A DNA stretch of 64,000 nucleotides. Source: Heterodontus francisci (Eukaryota). Of the stretch, positions 1-12,212 are shown in pieces. Each line of letters begins with the position of its first letter. Within the stretch, counting starts at the first letter, position 1. The position numbers were made by a program, and so were the translations under genes. The notes under the pieces are model-generated. The model ran no database searches. It was not told where the DNA came from and worked only from the letters and a program-made list of their open reading frames with translations. The stretch is from NCBI RefSeq assembly GCF_036365525.1, contig NC_090399.1, positions 46,780,430 to 46,844,429 of the forward strand. The letters run 5' to 3'.

Positions 1-1169
1 TTTCCCCGTCTATAGCTGATTCATTTTTTTTCTCATTTATGCTGAAATGAAATCAACATAAGATTGTTTAGAAGTTAATTCATCAGGATAATAATTTCAA
101 CTTACTTTATGAACTGAGAAAATATTCGTCCCCATTTCTATTAGTTTAGGTCCTGTATTGTTTGTATTCAATTGATTAATTTTACATGATGAATGTGTAT
201 GCTGTTGTTTATTTTTAAGAATCTTTAATTTCCCTTTGATTCTAATGCTACATCCAAATATTCACAACACATCATTACAATTCATGATTTTTAATGAAGC
301 TTTCAATTGAATTTTGAAATTAAATGATACATCCAGCAGTTCTATATTTATTCAATATTCGCCTGGTAAAATATTAATTTGTTGCAATAGTTTGAAAAAC
401 CTCATTTCGCTTCAAAGTACTAATGGTAAATCTGTGTCTTTGATATCTGCAGAGAAATATCCGACAGGGTGAATGCCAAATGTGAAGTTCTGTCAGGTCC
501 TGGTATGCTTGCACTCCCGCCATTGGTCTGGTGCACTTCTTCCACCGCACTCACCAGAAAACACATTCGGCTGCCGAGTTCTTCAAGATTCTGAGTTCGG
601 CCTCTGAGGCGTTGCCAAAGGTAAATACCAGTTCTTGCAATACTCCATTCCCAGTGCGGACGAAATGCAAGGCCCCCGTCCGTGGTAATTAACCTCAGAA
701 ACAAGATTACAGCGCTGTAAAATCGGGCCATCAGTTTGTGATGTTATCCTCAGCACACTTACTGCAAAACTGCTGTTAATTTAATACTAGATCTTAAATC
801 CGATTCAATTAAATCTAAATACCAAGCCCCAGCTTTACTTATTGTCTGAAGTAGCCCTTAATAGGGCAAAGCTTATGGCCAGCCAATGCCCGACAGTTAG
901 CCTGCTGGATTCCCATACCAGCGCTGTGAAATTATAGATCAGAAGCAATGTTAGCAAAATCTATCTCACGCTGCAATTCCTCCTAAACTCACAAATACGC
1001 TCCTCCCACAACATTATCACTCAGTTGCAGACACAGTCCTTTCACATTTGATTTCTCCTTTTACCAAATGTATTGCATGCTGGAGGCCCTAAATAGGGTG
1101 GGGATTATTTGGGATCGTGGACAAACACATTTCTAATAAAAGGTAACGACACTGATTTCATGTGCACCG

Positions 1170-1790
1170 AAGTTGGACAGAATCAGTGAAAAACTTGCCT
1201 GGGTTTATTTTTTGAGGGGTAGAATGCAAATGGATAGAAGTTATAATCTGCTTATACAAAGCCCTGGTTGAACCATAGCTGGAGTACCCTCTGGAATTCT
1301 GCACAGGACGCAACCAAAGGATATATTGGCCTTCAAAGAAGTGCCACACAGATTTAATGCATAGATACATGGATTTCAAAGTTTAACTTACGATGAGAGA
1401 TTAGGTAAACTACAGTTGTATTGCTTTGAACATTTCAAACTGTTAATGGGAACTGATATGGTAGGTAGAAATAAACTACTTCTGATGCTTTGGAAGTCCA
1501 CGACTCAGAAACACACTCTAAAATGGAGCAAAGCCTTTCAGGAAAGATATTGGAACGAATTTGTATAAGCCAGCATCGTAGAAGTTTGGAATTCATGTCC
1601 GAAAATGAGAATTGATCCCAGATCAATTATTAATTAATTTCACAACTGAGGGTGATTGATTTTTGCAACAAAGTGCATTAATGCATAGCGGGTGAAGACT
1701 GATAAATGGAGTCAGGTCACAGATCAGCCATTGTCTCAATGAATAGTAGAACAGACCTGAGCAGCTAATTGGCTCACTCTAAGTTGCTCT
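1170..1790 (+). mobile_element. Old CR1 3' remnant downstream of the GPCR (paralogs ~24820-25750 and ~53300-54170)
   Basis: Degenerate LGFI..LYKALV.P.LEY..KDILAL and a CR1-like 3' end. Confidence 0.6.
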
Positions 1791-2352
1791 GTCGCTATAT
1801 TCCAATAAATTACTGTAGAAGGCCAAAATAAATGTAATTGAAAAATCTTTTTCCATCAATTTAAATCGGTAGTCCAGGCAGCATTGGCTTACGATTTGCT
1901 GAAAATATCCCATATTGGAATCCAAGAACGACAGTCATTTCTTTTCAATTTGAGTGCTCCCGACATCCCTTTCCCATCTATTGATTCGAATTGACAAGCG
2001 AAAACAAACAAAAAAAAACTGTCTGGCAAGTACAGGAATAGGAAACTATGTACCATATTGTTCCGAGTTCCAGTAATTCGACTAGAGATTTAAGGGTGGA
2101 CTGTAGTTGTCTTCATGTGAGAGATGGAAGTTAGCAAGTTTCACTTATTTTAATTTTGGCTGTAGTGTGCAATAGATGATTTTGAAAGAGCCATGCAACA
2201 TACGCATCGTCTGATGTTCTACTCCATTTAAGTCACTGGAATGTAAAATTGGGTTGGGAACGAAATGAATGCTAATGCGACACTGGCGCCTTTACACGAA
2301 TTCCCAAAAAATAAAATTCTCATTTTTATTTAATTTTCTGAAGCCTTTTAAC

Positions 2353-3257
2353 TTATTTAGATGAGTATATTATTACAGTCAGGGGATGTTTAATCATATT
2401 CTTCAATTCATTTCTGAATTTTCTCTGGGAAACTGCATAAATAAACGTGTTTGTGCAGCAACTCAAAGTCTGAAGGATATATCCAGATTGTTCAGCAATG
2501 GCAAATGGAGCGTTATAATTTGCTTCTAAAAATTGAACATCTGTTAATTGTACATATACATTACATATGAGTGCTACCATCCACAAAAGTATAAAACTAC
2601 CCGATATGGCGAGTAATAAAATAACTGATTTTCTTCGGTTCTCCATCTCTGGATCATTGTGATTCTCACCAGTTTTGTGTCCTAGGAGTTTCTTCCTCAC
2701 TCTGTTGGCCAGTAAAATGTGCCTGACCGTCAGCACATTGAACAGTAAAATCAGAAGAAATGGTACAAATGGGGTTATAATAGTTTCCAACCACAAAAAT
2801 GCTACCCATGCGGGTAACATATAGAAGCTTGATTTCACATAGCAGGACCATGGTATACTGTCAATTATTTCCCTAGGTTCATATACAAAGTAGATTGGAA
2901 CACTTTCTAAAACGCTCAAAGTACACACCACTACTATCGCCACAGTTGCGGTTTTCGCAGTGCAGTAGTTTCTTCGTAGCTTCTGACAACAAATGGCCAC
3001 AAATCGATCATAGGTGAATGCGACAGTTAGCCAGACAGAACAATCAGTGGACGCAAAAAACAGAGCAAGGTTAAGACAGCAAATGGGAGTGTAGTTTAGG
3101 AATGAGTATGGAAAATAAGCATCTTTAATCTCATAGAGTACTACATCAAATATCAGGATCATTAGATCTGCCACTGCCATGGCTAACAGGTATCGGCTGA
3201 TGCATTTGGAGAGCTCGCAACGTCCATGGGCGAGAATCACAATTGTCATTAGATTAG
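2353..3257 (-). CDS. GPR139/GPR142-like class A GPCR copy 1, coding exon 2 (TM1 end to stop)
   Basis: 7TM ORF with LAMAVADL (TM2), YDRFVAIC (TM3), TPFVPF (TM5), SCCTNTFIY (TM7). Polypyrimidine tract + cag acceptor (tttttgcag|CT AAT CTA ATG) just beyond 3257; phase 1 joins exon 1 to read ...GIPANLMTIV. Confidence 0.93.
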
Positions 3258-3367
3258 CTGCAAAAAGGGAAAAATCAAAATAATCACTCTCCTTATATGA
3301 AAAGACTGAACAGTTGGCAATTCTTTCATGCGAACATTCGTGCACTCATTATATTTGAGCTCAAATG

Positions 3368-3560
3368 AGACTGACTGAGACCAGCGGTGTTTAAAGAGAG
3401 CCGCAATAGCGGGAAAAAAGGAGACTGAGTGAGACCAGCGGTGTTTAAAAAGTGCAGCGACAGCGAAAAAGGAGACTGAGTGAGACCAGGTGGTTAAAAA
3501 GAGCAGAGGCAGCGGGAAAGAACGAGACTGAGTGAGACCAGCGGTGTTTAAAAAGAGCTT
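3368..3560 (+). repeat. ~52-bp tandem monomers in CR1 5' UTR (~3.6 units)
   Basis: agactgagtgagaccagcggtgtttaaaaagagc... repeated; ~2.6 units in the paralogous copy at 27748-27890. Confidence 0.85.
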
Positions 3561-6500
3561 CTTTAAAAAGGGCAAACAGTGACGTCAGAGGAGAGCTGCA
3601 AGGTGATTGGTTGGTGAGTTGCAGCCGTTAGAATACCTTCAAAAATAAGAGGATCGTTGTTCTTTTTTTGGAAAACAATTTCTGGTGATTAGGTGAGTAC
3701 TACTAAAGTGTTTTTACTTTTTAAGGACTTTGGATTGAAGTGGGTAGAACAAGGCCCCTAGTATAATTAGTATTTTTTAATTAAGGCGTAACTTATTAAT
3801 CTAAGGGTGAGTCATGGCAGGAGAGCTCAGCCCCGTGATCTGCTCCTCCTGCGCTATGTGGGAAATCAGGGATGCTTCCAGTGTCCCTGGTGACCATGTC
3901 TGCAGGAAGTGTATCCAGGTGCAGCTACTGGGTACCCGCATTATGGAGCTGGAGCTGCGGGTGGATTTACAGTGGAGCATTCACGTTTAGCGAGGTGGTC
4001 ATACCACAGGTAATGGCTGCACAGGCAGAAAAGAGATGGGTGACCACCAGATGGATTAGTAGGTGCAGGCAGGTAGTGGAGGAGTCCCCTGAGGCCACCC
4101 CCTCTCAAACAGATATACGACATCGGATACTGTTGCGGGGATGACCTCCCAGGAGAAAACAGCAGGAGCCAAGTTCATGGCACCACGGAGGGCTCTGCTA
4201 CACAGCAGGTGAGAAAAAGGGTTGGAAGTGCTGTAGTGATAGGGGATTCTAACATAAGGGGTGCAGATAGTCCTTTCTGTGGCTGCAAACGAGACTCAAG
4301 CATGTTATGTTGCTTCCCTGGTGTTAGGGTCAAGGCTGTTTCGAAGTTGCTGCAGGACATTCTGAAAGGGGTGGGTGAGCATCCAGAGGTCATGGTCCAT
4401 ATTGGTACTAACGACATAGGCAGGAAGAGAGATGAGGTCCCGCAAAGTGAAATTAAGGGAGTTTGGCAGAAGGTTAAAAAACAGGGCCTCAAGGGTTGTA
4501 ATCTCAGGATTACTCCCTGTGCCACGTGCTAGTGAGGGTAGGAATAGGAGGAAAAGGCAAATGAATACGTGGCTGAAGAGCTGGTGTAGGCGGGAGGACT
4601 TCAGCTACTTGGATCATTGGGATCTCTTCTGGTGCAGAAGTGACCTGTACAAGAAGGACGGGTTGCATCTGAACTGGAGGGGGACCAATATCGTTGCAGG
4701 AGGTTGGCTAGTACCACATGGAAGTGTTTAAACTAGTCTTGCAGGTGGGGTGGGACCGAAAATAGTAGTCTGTCAGATGATATAGATGAGGCAAATGTAG
4801 AGGTTAAAGCAAGCAGGTCCAGTAGGCAGGCCAGGCAGGGGCAGGACTGGGAGCGTGGAAGGTCTGGTCAGCTAAACTGCACTTACTTTAATTCAAGAAG
4901 ACTTACAGTTAAGGCAGATGAACTCAGAGCATGCATCAGTATATGGGATTGTGATATTATAGCTCTTACGGAAACGTGGTTGAAGCATGGGCAGGACTGG
5001 CATCTCAATGTTCCAGGGTACTGACGCTTCCGGCCTGACAGAGCTGGAGCTAAGAGAGGAGGGGGAGTTGCACTATTGATTAGGGAGGACATCATGGCAG
5101 TAATTAGGGAGGATATCCCCGGGGAATGTCCAGCGAGGCTTTATAGGAAGAACTTAGAAATAGGAAAGGGGTGATCACTTTGATGGGAATATACTATAGC
5201 CCCCCCAATAGTCAGAGGGAAGTGGAGGAGCATATATGTAGGGAAATCACAAATAGGTGCAGAAATCAGAGGGTTGTAATAGTAGGTGATTTTAACTTCT
5301 CTAATATTGACTGGGACTGTCTTAGTGCTAAGGGATCAGATGGGGAAGAATTTGTTAAGTGTGTCCAGCATAGTTTTCTGAAGCAGTATGTGGATGGCCC
5401 TACTAGAGAAGGGGCTGCACTTCAACTCCTCTTTGGAAATGAGGATGGGCAGGTGGTTGATGTGTCAGTGGGGGAGCACTATGGGACCAGTGACCATAAC
5501 TCTATTAGCTTCAAGATAGTTATGGAAATGGATAGGACTGGTCTCAGGTTGAAGTCCTAAATTGGGGGAAGGCTAATTTCGATGGCACCAGACAGGAACT
5601 CTCAAAAGTTAAATGGGAGAGGCTGTTTACAGATTAAGGGACGTCTGGCAAGTGGGAGGTTTTAAAAGTGAGATAGGAAGTGTTCAGGGCCGGCATGTTC
5701 CTGTTAGATGGAAGGGCAGGTCTGGCAAGTTTAGGGAACCTTGGTTGATGAGGGATATTGAGGGTCTGGGCAGGACGAGGAAGGAGGCATATGTCAGGTA
5801 TAGGCAGCTGGGATCGAGCGAGTCCCTCGAGGGGTATAGGGGATGTAGGAGTGCACTTAAAAAGGAAATTAGGAGGGCAAAAAGGGGACATGAGATTTAC
5901 CTGGTAGATAAGATAAAGGAGAATCCTAAAAGATTCCATTAGGATATTAAGAGTAAAAGGGTAGCGATGGAGAGAGTAGGTCCCCTTAAGGATCAATGTG
6001 ACAATCTATGTGTGGAGCCACAGGAAATGGGCGAGGTCTTAAATGAATATTTCTCGTCTGTATTTACCGTGGAGAAGGTCATGGAATCTAATGAGTTCAA
6101 GGGATGGAACACCAATATCCTGGAGCATATCAACATTATGAAGGAGGAGAAGTTGGAGATTTTGAAGCGCATTAAGGTGGATAAATCCCCAGAGCCTGAG
6201 CAGGTGTATCCTAGGATGCTATGGGAAGCAAGAGAGGAGATTGCTGGGGCCCTGGCAGAGAATTTTTTTTAACATCGTTAGTCATGGGTGAGGTACGGGA
6301 AGACTGGAGGATAGCTAATGTTGCGCCTTTATTTAAGAAGGCCAGCAGGGATAATCCAGGGTACTACAGGCCGGTGAGCCTTACATCAGTGGTTAGAAAG
6401 TTATTGGAAGGCATTCTGAGAGACAGGATTTATATGCATCTGGAAAGGCATGGTCTTATTAGGGATAGTTACCATGGTTTTGTGCGTGGGAAATCATGTC

Positions 6501-7890
6501 TCACGAATTTGATTGAGTTTTTCGAGGAGATGGCCAAGAGGATTGATGAGGACAGGGCGATGGACGTTGTCTACATGAACTTTAGCAAGGCCTTTGACAA
6601 GGTCCCGCATGGTAGGCTGGTCCAGAAGGTTCGAACACATGGGATTAGGGTGAGCTAGCAAATTGGATACAAAATTGACTTGGTGATAGGAGGCAGAGGC
6701 TGGTAGTGGAGGGTAGTTTTTCAGATTGGCGGCTGGTGACCAGTGGTGTGCCGCAGGGATCGGTGCTGGGCCCTCTGTTGTTTGTCATATATATTAATGA
6801 CTTGGATGTGAATATAAGGGGCATAATTAGTAAGTTTGCAGATGACAACAAAATTGGTGGTATAGTGGACAGTGAAGAAGGTTGTCTAATGTTACAACAG
6901 GATATAGATCAACCGGAAAAGTGGGCAAGGGAGTGGCAAATGGAATTTAACGTAGACAAGTGTGAAGTGATGCATTTTGGGAAGTTAAACCAGGGCAGGA
7001 CATATACAGTGAATGGCAGGGCCCTGGGGAGTGTTCTTGAGCAGAGAGGCCTTGGGGTACAAGTACATAGTTCCCTGAAAGTGGCAACACAAGTTGACAG
7101 GGTGATGAAGAAGGCATATGGCATGCTTGCCTTCATCAGCCGAGGCATTGAGTACAAGAATTGGGACGCCATGTTACAGTTGTACATAACATTTGTTTGG
7201 CCGTATTTGGACTACTGTGTGCAGTTCCAGTCACCGCACAACAGGAAAGATGTGGTTAAGCTAGAGAGGGTGCAGAAAAGATTCAGAACAATGTTGCCTG
7301 GTTTGGAGGGCTTGAGTTATAAAGAGAGATTAGATAGGCTGGATCTTTTTTCCCTGGAGAGATAGAGGCTGAGAGTGGGCATGATAGAGGTATATAAAAT
7401 CTTGAGAGGCATAGATAGGGTAGATAACCAGAGTCTGTTTCCCATGGTAGGGATGACTAAAACTGGAGGGCATTGATTTAAGGTGAGAAGGAGGAGGTTT
7501 AAAGAGGATAAAAGGGGTACATTTTTCACAAAAAAAATGGTGGGTGTCTGGAATGAGCTGCCTGAGGAGGTGGTGGACGCAGGAACAGTTGCGACATTTA
7601 AGAGGCATATGGACAAGTACTTGAATGAGCAAGGCATAGAGGGATATGGAATTAATGCAGGCAGGTGGGATTAGTACAGATAGGCATTATGGTCGGCATG
7701 GATGCGGTGGGCCGAAGTGCCTGTTCCTGTGCTGTACGACTCTATGACTCTCCATGACTCTATGACATAGAGGGATATGGAATTAATGCAGGCAGGTGGG
7801 ATCAGTATCGCTGGGCATTATGGTCGGCATGGGCGTGGTGGGCCGAAGGGCCTGTTTCTAAGCTGTACGACTCTATGACTCTATGACTCT
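3368..7890 (+). mobile_element. Full-length degraded CR1 (HER1-type) LINE in the GPCR copy 1 intron
   Basis: 5' monomer repeats; ORF1 from ATG 3814 with CxxC..CxxC finger and SGNH esterase motifs (GDS..GTND..DGLH); ORF2 APE (GDFN, SDH) + RT (QGSVLGP, FADD) with frameshifts; (ctatgact)n tail; aaatg/aagtg flanks. Confidence 0.95.
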
Positions 7891-8149
7891 AAGTGTTTCA
7901 TACGGATGAGAAACCATTGGAATCGGGTGAAACGCTGGTTTCACTCGTCGGCCCATATTACAGTCCATTGTCTTCTCGTCAGGAAAATTGGCAAGGTGTA
8001 AAACCAGAGATTCACCCGATCGTTTCAGTTTCCCGAAGGCAGCATGAGGTCAAATTTGCTCCAACCAGGTAGATTGTTTGGCTGGTGCAGAGAAAGGAAA
8101 TTCACTACATTCCAACTTTTGCTTCTATGCACATTAATTGGAATGGAAA

Positions 8150-8660
8150 CAAAGCAGTTATTGCACAAGGATCAATCCAGGGACCACTGCTGTTCACATT
8201 TATATACACAACATGTACCCTGAAACCAGACATATAATTTCAAAATGTGCGAATGACACAAAGTTGGGTTTTCAGTTACTAAACATTATCTGAATAGTAC
8301 AGTGGGCATACAGATACATAGCTCAACAAGGTAATCAGGCCATAAAAATAAACAAAGCACTGAGTTACATTTCTGCGGGGAAGGATTAGAAACATTGAGA
8401 TGTTATGTTAAATTATATGGAAAGTTAGTTAGGTCCCATTTGGAGCACAGTGAACCTTTCTGTTTTTAATATACAAATGATACAAATGCACTGGAGAAGG
8501 AGCAAACATGTCTTATTCGAATGATATCAGAACTGAGAAGTTATACCTATCAGAAAGCACATCACAGGCTGCGTTCCTTTCTCGAGAAAAAAAAAAACTA
8601 GTCTGATGTACAATCTGATAGAGGTCACAAAGATTATGCAAGGTTTTGGTAGGGTAAACT
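8150..8660 (+). mobile_element. Old CR1 RT remnant (paralogs ~32320-32825 and ~56010-56530)
   Basis: QGSIQGPLLFTF-like and VRSHLEH-like degenerate motifs. Confidence 0.55.
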
Positions 8661-8749
8661 GCTATCTCAAAGATGTCGTGGTCCACAGTTTCATTTAATC
8701 CTTTGTCTCATCCAATGCCTTAACACATACTTTTTATCTTCATTTCAGA

Positions 8750-11450
8750 TGTTGAAGATTGCAATTTCCATCATACCATGGGTACCAAGGTCCCTTCAGA
8801 TCTGTCTTCCCCTTCACTACTTTCTGACCCCATCCCTTCTTCTAATATCACTGCTTGCTGTGTATTCACAATATGTGCGGACCTTCCCCTCTCTGACCTT
8901 GCACGGTCTGTCCTAAGGGAATGACACAGCTTTATATCCTTATCAACTCCCGCTCCCCCCCTCTCCCCCCACACACACACCTCAATTAATTTTGAACTTA
9001 GCACAACGTTGAGCTCGTCTTCCTTTGCCTTCATCTCTTCGCTCACTCTTTTGGCCAAGAGTCATCCCTCTACACAGCAAGCACTTTTAAAAATCTGCAA
9101 TCTTCTCCCTCCAACTGGACACCTGCATCTGGCCTCTTACCCTGTCTTGATCTTTTTTTATTGAGAATTGCAAGCGTGAAATCTACCATGTCAATTTCTT
9201 TACTCTCCGTTCTCTCATTCTAACCTGTCTCCCTCTTTACTTGCAATAGTCTATTCCCTCAGGCACAAGCCTAATATTGTTATCAAACCTGCCGACAGGA
9301 TGGTGCTATTGTTGACTGGCAAACTGACCTCTACCTAGCAGAGCTGGATGACAACTAATCGACACTTCCTCCCACATTCCCCTGGGTCATGATCCCAGCA
9401 CCAAAATTCAAGCCATTGTTTTGAGGACTGTCACTGACATCAAATACTCTTGCGATCTTCCCTCCACAGCTTCTGACCTCATAGTTCTCCAATCCAAAAC
9501 AGCCGTCTTTAACTTTCTTACCAAGATTCACATACTGGACAGCCCAAGAAACCTTTTGTTTCAGCCTGTTCCCACCCCACTGAACAGATTTCTTCCTGTA
9601 TTGAATCTATTTTTCTCAGCTTGTCCAGTCTCTTGACATCCAGATGCGTGACTCTTCTGATGCTTTCCGTTACTTCCACGGTTTCCACTTTCCTGGCCCT
9701 TACCGACTTTTCTGCATGACCGTCCATTCTCTCTGCACCTACATTCCCCACCAGGAGTATCTGAGGGTTATTCAATTCTTTCTTGAATTGATGCTCAACT
9801 AGTTTCCAACAACCACCATATTCCTCCACCTGACTGAATCTGTTTTCAAATTGAACAGCTGCACCTTTAAATTATCTCACTTCCTCCAAATTAAAGGTTT
9901 TGCTATGTGTACCAGCATGGGTTCTGGCTATACCTGCAAAGTTGTGCAATATGTGGAACATTCCTTGTTCCAGTTTTACTCGGTCTCCCTCCCTTAACTC
10001 TTTTTCAAGTATACTATTGACTGAATCAGTGTCTTTTCCAGCTGTTCCCCTGAAATGGAAAACATCATTAAATATAGCTCCAAGTTCCACCCGACTCTCA
10101 CATTCAAAGTGTCGATCTTCGACTCTTCCCTTCCTTTCCTGAACTCCCCTGTCTTAATTTCTGGGGTAGGCTACCAGTAGCTACCCATTAGAAGCCCACT
10201 GCTTCCACAGATATCTCGACTATCGTTCCTCAATGTCTGCTTTCTGTAACGACTTCATTCCATTCTCCCTGTTTCTCTGTCTCGGTCCCACTTGTTCTGA
10301 AGTTTGTTTTGAAGATGCCATATTCCAAACCAGTGCGTTTAAAGTTTCCTCCTTCATCCCGAACAGAGGTTTTCCCCCCACCCCACCCTTGGTTGATAGG
10401 GCCCTGGAACGTTTCCGACCAGTTTCACATACTTCTGTTCTCACCCCTTCCCCTCCCTCCCAGAATCATGATAGGGTGCCCCTTGTCTCACGTTCCTCCC
10501 ATCAATATACGTATTCAATGGATCATCCTCCTCCATTTTAGCCACCTAAAGCGTGATGCTCCCACCAAACAAAGCTTCCCCTCCTTTCCCTTTTAGCATC
10601 GCAAAGGAACCATTTTCTCAGCGAAACCCTTGTAGACTCCTTTATCACCTCAACACCCATCCCCTTCCCACAGCACCTTCTCCTCAATCGCCAAGGTCCC
10701 AAACACTCCTTCCAGGTGGAAGAGCGGGTTATGTGGACTTCTTTCTGTTTAGTATACTCTGTTCACTGCTCGCAATGGGATCTGGTCGATATTAGGGAGA
10801 CCAAACGAGGATTGGCTGATCGCTTTGCAGATACCGCTGCTCCACCTGCAAGCATGATCCTGAGGTCCTGGTTGCCTGCCATTTTACTTCTGCATCTTGT
10901 TATCACGCTGACATCTCTGTCCTTGGCTTTCTGCAGTGTTCCAATGAAGCTCAATGCAAGCTCGAGGAACAACACCTCATCTTCCCATGAGGCACTTTAC
11001 AGCTTCTGTGGATGCAACACTGAGTTCGACAAGTTCAGACTGTAAGCTCTGCCCCAATTTTTATTACTTTTATCTGCATATTTTTGTCTTAATCTGGTTT
11101 TGCTCTTGTTTTTGCTGTTCATTGATTTGCAATTGACAGAGCCATATCATTTATTCATTTATTTCTTTCTTCCATTACTCCTCCCTTTGCCTCTGCATCA
11201 CCAACTCGTTTTGTCAGTTAATGTCTGCCATCCTTTGTCCTGTCAGAGACCTTACTTTTTCTTCTTGCTCCACCCTCTCCATGTGATCTTCCTAAAAATA
11301 AACTATGACAATTCCGAGTTCTGACGAAAGAGGTTTTCAAACTGAAACCATAACTTGCTTTCTCGCCAGAGGTGCTGCCAGATCTGTTGAGTATTTGCAG
11401 AATTTTCTGTTTTTATTCCAGATTTCTGACAGCTGCAGTATTTTGGTTTA
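8750..11450 (+). mobile_element. Degraded Penelope-like element (RT + GIY-YIG) in the copy 1 intron
   Basis: IKPAD(K)G-like RT motif ~9280; LVYSVHCSQ..IRETKRGLADRF GIY-YIG remnant ~10750-10830; terminal repeat 11310-11450; boundaries approximate. Confidence 0.8.
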
Positions 11451-12074
11451 GTAAATCTATAAAAAGGTGTTTATAATTGTAGGTGAGAGCAGATCTACGT
11501 TCCATAACTGTCACGCAATCTCTGATGAATCTCAAAGGGAATTCAGGGCGAACGTTGTTCACCAGAATATTGTTCGAATGTGAAATGATCTACATCTATG
11601 CTGCAAGTACTTTGTCCTAATTTGTGAACCACTGGTATCACTCAGCAGGTCAGGCAGCGTCTGTGCAGAAGCATAATTATCGTTTCCCATCCCTGATCTT
11701 GTATCAGAACTGATAAGTAAGATGAAAGGTTAAATGCTTCTCCCTGCTTTCCGAACTACTAAGTGATTACAGTATTTGTTATATTTGTTCAGATTTTCGG
11801 TATTCCCTCCATTTTGTTTCTTAAAATGTTAAGACTCTGTACAAAGGAAAGCGAATTAAGTTATTTAATTTAAAACTTCAGAACTATGTTGCCTGTTAAA
11901 TTATTCCCTTGAAATCCTGACGTATTCTTTCTATTATTTGATTGATGCTGTTAATTATTGCCTGTATGTCAAGAATAACAAACCAAAGAGGATTTATTAT
12001 CCACCGAAAAGCAGTAGCAGTGACACTGTTAAAGACAATTAATGATGAATATTAACCATTGATTAACGGCTTAC

Positions 12075-12144
12075 CTGGAATTCCAACTATCGCAAGAATA
12101 GGGTAGTAAATATTTTCTATCTGGATGATTACCGGCTGTTCCAT
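12075..12144 (-). CDS. GPCR copy 1, coding exon 1 (MEQPVIIQIENIYYPILAIVGIP + 1 nt)
   Basis: ATG at 12144, 70 nt open, G|gtaag donor at 12074. Phase matches exon 2, giving 975 nt / 324 aa. Same 70-nt exon in all three repeats. Confidence 0.9.
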
Positions 12145-12212
12145 GTTTGGAGAGAAGTGGTTTCGTCTGTTTGCATTGTGGGCATGCAGATCTGCTTTCA
12201 AAATAAGGTCTC

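Noticed and set aside
420-731. 103-aa ORF downstream of the GPCR
   Set aside because: Frame is broken or shifted in the paralogous regions (24227-24412, 52587-52884); no recognisable domain.
3258-3345. N-terminal extension MHECSHER...FSLF of the 330-aa ORF as the true GPCR start
   Set aside because: It is intron read-through over the polypyrimidine tract and is not open in copies 2 and 3; a conserved spliced exon 1 exists.
3368-3560. CRISPR-like repeat array
   Set aside because: Eukaryotic context; the units are contiguous degenerate monomers without unique spacers and belong to the CR1 5' UTR.
4209-4731. SGNH/GDSL esterase host gene
   Set aside because: It is the frameshifted esterase domain of CR1 ORF1, between the monomer UTR and ORF2.
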